Sequence record: DRR723986_21710
Length of the DNA stretch: 20,760 nt
Reading direction: 5' to 3' (one strand)
The position numbers and the translations under genes are program-made. The first letter of the stretch is position 1. Each line of letters begins with the position of its first letter. Below are positions 8,890 to 17,400 of this stretch, one piece after another. A model generated the notes under the pieces. That model was not told the origin of the DNA, made no database searches, and worked only from the letters and a program-made list of their open reading frames with translations.

Positions 8890-10317
8890 ATGAAGAAGAT
8901 AATAGGACTAGTTATATGCTTTTTTACCTTCCTAAATCTGGGAAATGCTCAAGATTTGAGGATTACGCCAAATGGTAGGTATTTTGAGAATTCTGAAGGA
9001 GAACCATTTTTTTGGTTGGGAGACACTGCATGGGAGTTATTTCATAGACTCAATCAGGAAGAAGCTAAGTTATATCTTCAAACGCGCGCCAAGCAAGGTT
9101 TTACTGTAATTCAAGCCGTTATTTTGGCAGAAAGAGATGGGGTGAAAACGCCCAATGCAAATGGTGATTTGCCTTTTCATAATTTGGATCCTACCCAACC
9201 AAATGAAGCCTATTTCGCCCATGTAGATTTTATTATTGAAGAAGCTAACAGACTTGGTTTGACCATGGGGATTTTGCCTACTTGGGGAGACAAGATATTT
9301 AGTGCAAATCCAGGAGCAGGTCCATTGATTTTTGATGCGGCAAATGCTAAGACTTATGGACGGTTTCTGGGTGAGCGGTATAGAAATAGTGACCTCGTTT
9401 GGATATTAGGAGGTGATCGAATGGTAGCTAATGAAGAAGTCGCTCAAATTTGGGATGCTATGGCTAAAGGACTGGAAGAAGGTGACGAAAACCGCCATTT
9501 GACTACATTTCATCCACGTGGCTTTAGTTCCAGCTCCGATGCTTTGGATAACCCGGAGTGGCTGGACTTCAACATGTATCAAAGTGGACATGAGAAAAAG
9601 TTTTTGGAAGTATATCGATTTGCCAGAAAGGATCTTGCTTTAAGGCCTCAGAAACCAACGGTCGATGGGGAGCCAGCTTATGAAGATATTCCAGTGAAGT
9701 TTTGGAAATACATGACCTTTAAGTCCGAAGAATTTGCTGATAAAGTAGATGAAAAGGGGAATTTACTTGACCAATCGGTTTTTCCAGAAGGGTTTTTTAC
9801 CGGATATGATGTTAGGGTGCTAGCTTATTGGGATATGCTCGCAGGAGTGGCAGGATATACCTATGGCAACAATGCTGTTTGGCAGATGCATAAGGAAGGG
9901 GAGGTTTTTGTGATTCCTACGCTTACTGATTGGAAAGGAGCATTAGAGCGACCAGGAGCTGAATCAATGAAGTATTTCAGGAGGTTTTTTGAAGAAATAA
10001 ACTTTACAAAGATTATATCCAATCAGAATTTGATACTATCCGAAAACCCAGAAAATGAAGATCAGATTCGAGCAGCTATAGCCAGCGATGGCTCATATGT
10101 GATAGTCTATTTGGCCAAACCGAGGGAAGTGAAGTTAGACTTGACAGAAATGACAGGAGATAAGCTTCAAGGGATTTGGTATAACCCGAGAAATGGTAAG
10201 AAAACAGCAATTAAAAAACTGAAACCTTCTAGTTCCCTCTCACTTCAGCCGCCAACTTCTGGGCCCGAAGAAGATTGGGTTCTATTAATTCAGGATAAGG
10301 ATCAAATCAAAGACTAA
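8890..10317 (+). CDS. DUF4038 / GH140 apiosidase-like glycoside hydrolase with C-terminal putative collagen-binding-type domain
   Basis: Signal peptide NA|Q; motifs PFFWLGDTAWELFHRL, GFTVIQAV, WILGGD, DFNMYQSGH, DGEPAYE and GYTYG; C-terminal WYNPRNG..DWVLLI. Confidence 0.85.
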   Translation: MKKIIGLVICFFTFLNLGNAQDLRITPNGRYFENSEGEPFFWLGDTAWELFHRLNQEEAKLYLQTRAKQGFTVIQAVILAERDGVKTPNANGDLPFHNLDPTQPNEAYFAHVDFIIEEANRLGLTMGILPTWGDKIFSANPGAGPLIFDAANAKTYGRFLGERYRNSDLVWILGGDRMVANEEVAQIWDAMAKGLEEGDENRHLTTFHPRGFSSSSDALDNPEWLDFNMYQSGHEKKFLEVYRFARKDLALRPQKPTVDGEPAYEDIPVKFWKYMTFKSEEFADKVDEKGNLLDQSVFPEGFFTGYDVRVLAYWDMLAGVAGYTYGNNAVWQMHKEGEVFVIPTLTDWKGALERPGAESMKYFRRFFEEINFTKIISNQNLILSENPENEDQIRAAIASDGSYVIVYLAKPREVKLDLTEMTGDKLQGIWYNPRNGKKTAIKKLKPSSSLSLQPPTSGPEEDWVLLIQDKDQIKD

Positions 10318-10390
10318 TGACCAGGATGCTACATCATCATCCTAAAGTGCGCCAAATAAAAGGTGAATACCCGTGCCTTTATCCAGAACG

Positions 10391-10957
10391 TTAGCCGATC
10401 TTAATCCCATACCTTCCAAGCAAACCAGGTAAACCATCCAAATCAAATCGTGCTCCTTTGATTCTGTTTATTTCCGGATCAATAGAATAGTGGATTGCAT
10501 TCCTGAAATCAACTTTTTGAACTGTCGTTTGGTCAAAGGTAGCGCCACTAAGGTCCGAGCCTTGAAAGTCAGAGGCAGTCAAATCAGCTTGAGTAAAATC
10601 AACTTCCGTAAGTCTGCAATTGATGAACTTAGACTTTTTTATTTTAAGGTTATAAAAGCTGCTGTAATCCAATTGACATCCTTGAAAGGAAAATTCCAGT
10701 AGAAAAGGATTACTGGAGTGGAAGTGTATTCCCAGCATTTTACAATTTTCGAAAGTTACTTGTTGAAAAGATACATCTCTCACTTTTATATTGCTCAGAT
10801 CACAATTTTTGAAGGTGCAGTTTTCGAAACTTGCTCCTTGAATGTTCAAATTAGAGAGTTTACATTGTTCAAATAGACAGTTTTCATATTCAGTTATTTT
10901 AAAATTCTCTTGAGTAAAATAAATAGTATTGTAATCTTGATCTGCTTGGTGAGTCAT
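10391..10957 (-). CDS. Pentapeptide-repeat protein
   Basis: Continuous 5-residue periodicity (YENCL FEQCK LSNLN IQGAS FENCT FKNCD LSNIK.. FTQAD LTASD FQGSD LSGAT FDQTT). Confidence 0.92.
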   Translation of the reverse strand: MTHQADQDYNTIYFTQENFKITEYENCLFEQCKLSNLNIQGASFENCTFKNCDLSNIKVRDVSFQQVTFENCKMLGIHFHSSNPFLLEFSFQGCQLDYSSFYNLKIKKSKFINCRLTEVDFTQADLTASDFQGSDLSGATFDQTTVQKVDFRNAIHYSIDPEINRIKGARFDLDGLPGLLGRYGIKIG

Positions 10958-11161
10958 AAGTTTTAAAGCACTTGAACTGGTATTTTTTAATTTAATTGTT
11001 CAGGATGTTTTTCAAAATCATACAGACCTCAATGCATTACTTGTTTCGTTTTCCAGAACTGCTATTGAAGTCAAAATTAAACAATGGCATTTTTTAATTC
11101 ATTTTGAATGATGAAATTATAAAACTACTTTCAAAATGAAACCAAAAAAGTAAATCTATCC

Positions 11162-12073
11162 ATGCGAACAGTAATTTTTACGCAAAGTATATGGAGCCTT
11201 TCTTCCATTCAAAATTTATCCCAAAAGAATCAGCTTGCAGGTGTAGTAATCCCAAATAAAGAAGTTCCAGATCGAAAAATGCTTTTAGACATCTCTAATA
11301 ATTTAAATCTTCCAGTTTATAGTTGGGATGGTAAAGAGTTAGATGAAATTAGAAAGTGGTTCTTTGATGTGAAAGCCGATAGAGGATTAAGTTTTGGTTT
11401 TTCATATAAGATTCCCAAAGCAATTATTGAAAGTTTTCAGTTTGGAATATTAAATGTCCACTATGGAAAGCTTCCGACATACGCGGGGGCTGCTCCTCTT
11501 TTTTGGACTTTGAAAAATAGGGAGAAGAATGTCACAATTTCCTTCCATCAAATAAACGAAAACTGGGATTCTGGTAGAATGGTTAAAGAGGTACTAGTCC
11601 CAATTTTTCCAGGGGAGCCAATTGGTCTACTTTCTTCTCGTCTATCTATAGTAGCCGCCAATGATATATCAGAAGCAATGGAAAAACTGGAGTTGAATGT
11701 TGGTGAATTAATACCTTCAATTCCACAGATACTTCAAAGACCAACAGAACAGGACCTATATGTAGATTGGAAGAACCAAACAGCAGATGAAGTGGAATCT
11801 TTGGTTAATGCCGCCAATCCTCATTATGGAGGAGCAATTTCAAATTTTAGAGAGAATCAGATTCGGATTTTGGAAGTTAGTCCAGCAGAAGTAAATGTAA
11901 CCGGAATTTTCTCTCCTGGCTCTATTGTTTATGCAGACACCACATATGGAGTGTTTGTATTATGTTCTGATTTCAAATACTTGAGAATAAATATTTTTCA
12001 AATAGAAGGAACAATAATTACTGGGACAAAATTGGCGGCTTTAGGAATTAAACCCTTTGAAAAGCTTATATGA
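11162..12073 (+). CDS. Formyltransferase family protein (Fmt-like fold, probably not the housekeeping Met-tRNA formyltransferase)
   Basis: GILNVHYGKLPTYAGAAP corresponds to the NxHxSLLPxxRGxxP motif, and HQINENWDSG carries the catalytic Asp. An Fmt C-terminal-like domain is present (VDWKNQTADEVESLVNAANP). The N-terminal GTPxFA of true Fmt is missing. Confidence 0.8.
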   Translation: MRTVIFTQSIWSLSSIQNLSQKNQLAGVVIPNKEVPDRKMLLDISNNLNLPVYSWDGKELDEIRKWFFDVKADRGLSFGFSYKIPKAIIESFQFGILNVHYGKLPTYAGAAPLFWTLKNREKNVTISFHQINENWDSGRMVKEVLVPIFPGEPIGLLSSRLSIVAANDISEAMEKLELNVGELIPSIPQILQRPTEQDLYVDWKNQTADEVESLVNAANPHYGGAISNFRENQIRILEVSPAEVNVTGIFSPGSIVYADTTYGVFVLCSDFKYLRINIFQIEGTIITGTKLAALGIKPFEKLI

Positions 12074-12196
12074 GCATTCTTTGACATTTTTGTTTAAATA
12101 GTTAAAAAAATAAGGAAATAGTACTTGCATTATATATTGAAATTTGAATTAATAAAGTGTATTTTTCCTATATGACTTTTCAACTAATTTTTAATT

Positions 12197-12988
12197 ATGA
12201 ATTTTGATAGGAGAGAATTTTTAATAAAAATGTCGGTTTCAGCAGGAATGTTATCACTTCCAGGTATTGGGTTTTCTGATGTTTTATCTGAAACCATCGG
12301 GTTTAATAATCATATTTTACATTTAGGTTCCGTATATGGTTTGGATTCTAATTTCCCGAATTCTGTAAGTAAGCTTACAGCGGGAAAAAGTTTGATTTTT
12401 TCAACAGCCGCTCCAGGAAAAACCTTTCAAAGAAATTTATCTAGTATTGCGCCACATGGAATTCATGCGGTTTTATTTGGAGGGGATTGGTGGGGTCAAA
12501 TAGGATTACCTGAAGTTGATAAAGCTATAAATGAAAATCTTCCTTTTATCAATTCTAATTTTACCTTTTCATCATTTGAGAAACCTGTTTCAGTATCCAA
12601 ACATTTAATTATTAATGATGGAAAAAGTAAGATTGGTGTGATGGGAATTGGGTTCGGTGAGAGTGGGCAGAAAATTAAAGATACAATTGAAAAAATGAAT
12701 CAGGTTTCTTCATTTTTGAAGAATGAATTAGTGTGTGATAAAGTCTATTGCTTAGTAGATGATCCTAAGCCATATTTTCCATTATTTTCATTGAGAGATT
12801 TAGCATCTTCAAGCATTAATGTTAATCAGTTTTTTGGCCGTGATACTTTGAGTAAAGTTAATCAATTGCATGTTTTAAGAAATATAAACAAGGATCAAGT
12901 TTTAGTTAGTGCAAGTAGTGAAATAGATAAAATGCAAGAATTAATTTCTTTTCAAAAAGGCAGATTTTCAGACTATAAATTTATCTAA
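12197..12988 (+). CDS. Tat-exported protein resembling a degenerate 5'-nucleotidase/metallophosphoesterase N-terminal domain
   Basis: MNFDRREFLIK twin-arginine signal. Scaffold segments LPFINSNF, KHLIINDGKSKIGVMGIG and FLKNELVCDKVYCL resemble Bacteroidota UshA-type N-domains, but the metal-binding motifs are not recognisable. Confidence 0.55.
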   Translation: MNFDRREFLIKMSVSAGMLSLPGIGFSDVLSETIGFNNHILHLGSVYGLDSNFPNSVSKLTAGKSLIFSTAAPGKTFQRNLSSIAPHGIHAVLFGGDWWGQIGLPEVDKAINENLPFINSNFTFSSFEKPVSVSKHLIINDGKSKIGVMGIGFGESGQKIKDTIEKMNQVSSFLKNELVCDKVYCLVDDPKPYFPLFSLRDLASSSINVNQFFGRDTLSKVNQLHVLRNINKDQVLVSASSEIDKMQELISFQKGRFSDYKFI

Positions 12989-13172
12989 TTATTAGATTAG
13001 TTTTGCTTATTGTATGGGATACCTCTAATAATTAATTAACGCAGTCTATTTTATACAAATATTTTTGCAGATTAAATTCTGTATTAAGAATTTGTAATTA
13101 TTTGTAAAAAAAAAATATCTGATTTTCTTACAAAAAAACATGTATTAATTATATATTGAAGTTTAATAATTT

Positions 13173-13197
13173 TTGATATATCAAGCTTTTAAAGCTT
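13173..13197. promoter_or_regulatory. Two overlapping palindromes, candidate operator upstream of the tail-collar genes
   Basis: TTGATATATCAA (13173-13184) is a perfect 12-bp palindrome. AAGCTTT-t-AAAGCTT occupies 13183-13197. Confidence 0.35.
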
Positions 13198-13248
13198 TAT
13201 AAATACACTACTTTATTAATTTATTTTTCACTTAAACCTTTAATTATT

Positions 13249-13794
13249 ATGGAACCCTTTTTAGGACAAATTATGATGGTGGGATTTAATTTCGCACCGA
13301 GAGGCTGGGCATTTTGCGATGGTAGATTATTACCCATTTCTTCCTACTCTGCGTTATTCTCTCTCCTTGGAACAATGTATGGAGGAGATGGAAGAACGAC
13401 TTTTGCATTGCCGGATTTGAGAGGTCGTGTTGCGATCGGAATGGGACATGGGCCTGGACTAACCGATAGAAGACAAGGTCAATATGTAGGAAAGGAAACA
13501 CATACATTGACTGTCCCAGAAATTCCATCTCATAATCATTACTTAAATGCTAGTAATACTGATGGAACAACAAATGATCCAACAGGTAATGTCATTGCAA
13601 AAAATTCAGTTATAGTAGAAAGAGGAGGAGCTGCAATACCGGCCAATGGATTTGTATCAGGTACACCAAATACCCAAATGAATATTAGTAGTATCGAATA
13701 TGTAGGTGGAAGTCAATCGCATAATAACATGCAGCCTTTAGTAGTCATGAATTATGTAATTGCTTTAAATGGCATTTTTCCTTCAAGAAGCTAA
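13249..13794 (+). CDS. Phage tail-collar domain protein (microcystin-dependent protein MrpB/RhiB-like mini-fibre), copy 1
   Basis: PFLGQIMMVGFNFAPRGWAFCDGRLLPI..ALFSLLGTMYGGDGRTTFALPDLRGR collar domain, HNH motif, and C-terminal HNNMQP..NYVIALNGIFPSR. No signal peptide. Confidence 0.92.
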   Translation: MEPFLGQIMMVGFNFAPRGWAFCDGRLLPISSYSALFSLLGTMYGGDGRTTFALPDLRGRVAIGMGHGPGLTDRRQGQYVGKETHTLTVPEIPSHNHYLNASNTDGTTNDPTGNVIAKNSVIVERGGAAIPANGFVSGTPNTQMNISSIEYVGGSQSHNNMQPLVVMNYVIALNGIFPSRS

Positions 13795-13820
13795 GTTATT
13801 GCAAATAAACGATATTAATC

Positions 13821-14369
13821 ATGGTTACTCCTTTTATAGGTCAAATAGAACTGTTTGGATTTAACTTTGCCCCAAGAGGTTGGGCATTTTGTGCTGGCCA
13901 ACTATTGCAGATTTCTCAAAATGAAGCTTTATTTTCTTTATTAGGAACAATATATGGCGGTGATGGTAGGAATACCTTTGGCCTACCAGATTTAAGAGGT
14001 TGTGCAGCAATAAGCTATGGAACAGGTTCTGGATTGACTCCAAGGGTCATTGGTCAAAGAGTTGGTGTGGAAAATGTGACACTAACTACAGCTCAAATAC
14101 CTAACCATAATCATCCTTTGTATGGGAATAATTCCAATGGAACTACAAATGATCCATCAGGAAATGTCATAGCGAAAAATTCTGTCATTGTTGAAAGAGG
14201 AGGGTCAGCCATTCCAGTCAATGGATATGTATCTGGAACTGCAAATGTCGGAACGAATGCCAACAGTGTGGGCAATGAAGGTGGAAATCAATCACATATT
14301 AATATGCAGCCTTCAATAGTGTTGAATTATTGCATTGCGCTGGTTGGGATTTATCCTTCCAGAGATTAA
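13821..14369 (+). CDS. Phage tail-collar domain protein (MrpB/RhiB-like mini-fibre), copy 2
   Basis: Same architecture as copy 1: FGFNFAPRGWAFCAGQLL..LPDLRG, HNH, HINMQP..NYCIALVGIYPSR. Starts 26 nt after copy 1. Confidence 0.92.
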   Translation: MVTPFIGQIELFGFNFAPRGWAFCAGQLLQISQNEALFSLLGTIYGGDGRNTFGLPDLRGCAAISYGTGSGLTPRVIGQRVGVENVTLTTAQIPNHNHPLYGNNSNGTTNDPSGNVIAKNSVIVERGGSAIPVNGYVSGTANVGTNANSVGNEGGNQSHINMQPSIVLNYCIALVGIYPSRD

Positions 14370-14381
14370 ATTTTCTTATGA

Positions 14382-14410
14382 ACCGATCCCTTTATGGGGT
14401 CGGTATTTTT
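14382..14410 (+). terminator. Terminator-like hairpin between the collar genes and the adhesin
   Basis: ACCGATCCC-tttat-GGGGTCGGT (9-bp stem with one G-U) followed by ATTTTTATTT. Confidence 0.6.
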
Positions 14411-14428
14411 ATTTAAATATAAACCCTT

Positions 14429-17400
14429 ATGATGCCTAACGTCTTCAAACCCATTTTTTTTATACTACTATTTGTATTTAGCACTGTTTTTTCGTTTGCT
14501 CAGACTACTGTTAATTTCAATAGTTACACGGAGAACCAAGGGTTATCAAACCCACACACTGAAGGTGAATTGAAATTTGAAGTAATAAAAAACACCAGTG
14601 CATGTACTGTATGTATTGGAATTGATTTTAACGAGGGCAAAGATGGGACTCCTGGTTTGGATGATGATAATTTTCAAATCAATGGGATAGTAGCTTGGAA
14701 AATTTCCAAAGCAGATAATTCTTCGTTTCAATTTTTAAGTATTTGGCTTCAACATAGAGGAGCTGGGACTTCTACCTCAGGTACTATTAAAGCATATAAA
14801 GGAGGGGTCCAAATTGGAAGTACTGTAAATATTAATTTTGATAGTAGTACGGCAGGTCTAAAATCCCTTTCTTCTAATCCTGATTTTTATGATGTGGATT
14901 CTGTATTGATTGAGGGAGCAGATCTTTTTATAATACTTGACGAAATCACCTATAATGTTCCATTTGTTGTAGGTGATGCGGATCCGGCTGAAGTGACAGC
15001 TATCAATTTGATAGGATCTCCATTGAGTACTGCTACCTCTGTACAATACCAAGTAGATTTTTCTAAAATAGCCAAAAACGTTAGTGCTGATGATTTTACC
15101 CTGACGACAACCGGTACTGCAACCGGCACGATAGGGACAGTTACGGGAAGTGACGCTACTTATACTATTCCAATTTCTGGGATTTCTGGGGAGGGAACAA
15201 TCCGACTGGATCTTCAAGCTGGAACAAACATCGCCAATGAAAATAATGTCACAGGTACAGCGGCCTTTACATCAGGCCAGGTGCATAATGTTAGCCCATG
15301 TCTAGTCGAAGACTTTGAAGATGAAACAGTTGGAGCTAAGGTGTTTAGCTATGGAGGGTTTAATTTTACAATTACCGGAAACCTCGAAGTTTATACAGAA
15401 ACACCTTCTATAGGAATCAATGGCTCCAAAAATGTATTGAAAAATACCGGAACTGGAACGTATACGATTCGTCCCAATTCAGGTGAAATCAATTTTAGAA
15501 AAATCGCATTATTTCTTTCTTCAATTCCTACTGGTGATAGCCCTACTAATGATGGTAATATCACTGTTGTGGGTAAAAATGGAGGGGCAACTGTTTATAC
15601 TATTTCCAAAGCATCTGGATTCCCAACAGATTTCAGTGCTAATAGTGGCTATTATATTTTTGATTTACAGACAGAAGGTGGAGTTGATAATTCGGATATT
15701 TCTGTTGATGCAATTGAAATCACAATAGGAGGTGCTTTCCAATACATGAACATCGATAACTTCGAATTCTGTGCCGACGATGTGGCACCATCAGGTTATT
15801 CAGTAACCATTGACCAAGATCCAATTACCCCAGATAATGACGATGCAGTGAGCTTTACTTTTAGTGGAGCAGAAGTAGGAACGACCTACGAATATACATT
15901 TACAAGCTCAGGAGGTGGTACTCCAGTAACTAATACAGGAACAATTATAACGGCTACAGATCAGATTACTGGTATTGATTTAGGTGGTTTGGGATTGGGA
16001 ACAATCACCTTATCAGTTAACCTAACTGATGCTTCAAATAATGAAGGTCTTCCTGCACAGGATCAAGTACAAAAAAGAGTTGTCACTGTCCCAGTAGCAA
16101 CTCCTCCTTCAGCCCCAGCGGTAACAGAAGACGATGTAAATGTTGCTCTTGCAGATGATATTCAAGTGGCTGATGCTGATGGAGATGATCAAACACTTAC
16201 GTTTACTATTACTGGAGGGACAGTAACTCTTGGTACAGCAGGGATTACATTTGGAGGATCAGCAAATGGCTCAGCAAGTTTTACGGCTTCAGGAACTTTA
16301 GCAGCTCTTAATACGGCTTTGGATGCAGCTACTTTTACGCCAACTCCTGATTTATTTGGTACCGGAGTAGCGACTATTGAGTTTGTTTCCAATGACGGGA
16401 CGGCTGATTCAGACCCAGCTTCAGTCACTTTTGATATTGCTGGGGTAAATGATGCCCCTGTTGTTGACCTAAACGGTGTATTAGGGCCTGATTGGACTGA
16501 AGGAGCTAGCCCTTATGTGATCAATCCGGCAATTTTGGTGAGTGATCCAGAGGATGATAATATTGTCGCAGCTACTATAAGTATTGTTGATTTTGTCGAC
16601 GGAGATGTATTAGGAATTACCGCTCCATCTCCTTATACAGCAAGTTATAATTCCAACACGGGAGTCCTTTTATTATCTGGAACTGGAACGGCTGCTCAAA
16701 TGCAATCTGCTTTGCGAACAGTTGTATTTAGTAATTCAACAGATGATCCTGGCCAAGGTAATACTGATAATACTCGTGCAGTAAGCTTTTTTGTGACGGA
16801 TGCTAACGCTGCTACTTCAAGTACAATTGGAAATATGGTATTGACCATTATCTCTGTCAATGATGATCCTATCATGTCGGACCTACCATCGGACATTAGT
16901 GTAGTAGAAAATACAGCTAGCAACATTGATCTTTCAGGTGCAACCTTTGGAGATGTAGACTCCGGTTCAGGTAATGTCCGATTATCCTTCTTGGCTTCCG
17001 GAGGAACATTAACAGCTACAGGTACAGCAGACGTTACTGTGAGCAGTCTAACTCCTGGTACATTAAATTTAGAAGGTACAGCTGCTGCGATCGAAAGGTT
17101 CTTAAATGATCCTTCCAGCATTCAATACACCAATGCTTCAGGAGTTACTGGTGATAATGCTGCAACACTAAGTGTTTCGGCTACTGATAACGGAAATACA
17201 GGAGATGGTGGTGGCACAACTGTTAATCTAGGTGTGATAAACATTGATGTGGAAAGCTTTATATCGTTTTCTATCAATGATCCAGCTGTGACTGAAGGTG
17301 ATGCTGGTACTACAAGTCTACAATTTACTGTTTCACTAAGCGCTCCTGCACCTGCTGGAGGCGCAACTGTGGATATTGCTAGTTCGGATGGCACTGCTAC

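Noticed and set aside
724-10702. Small ORFs overlapping the main genes in the left half (e.g. 724-930, 931-1278, 2589-2891, 4710-5012, 7544-7840)
   Set aside because: They are antisense to well-supported genes and have no recognisable motifs.
10391-10957. Qnr/MfpA-type quinolone resistance call
   Set aside because: Pentapeptide repeats alone do not establish gyrase protection, and there is no mobile-element context.
11162-12073. Calling this gene fmt
   Set aside because: It lacks the GTPxFA and SLLP signatures of housekeeping Fmt and sits in an accessory context.
13249-14369. Prophage, tailocin or contractile injection system suggested by the 'phage tail' domains
   Set aside because: No sheath, tube, baseplate, spike, capsid, terminase, lysis or integrase genes are in the window. 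The proteins are the short stand-alone collar type.
14454-14461. T8 tract in the adhesin signal peptide as a phase-variation switch
   Set aside because: It is short, in frame, and explained by Ile-Phe-Phe codons. Similar runs are common in this AT-rich window.
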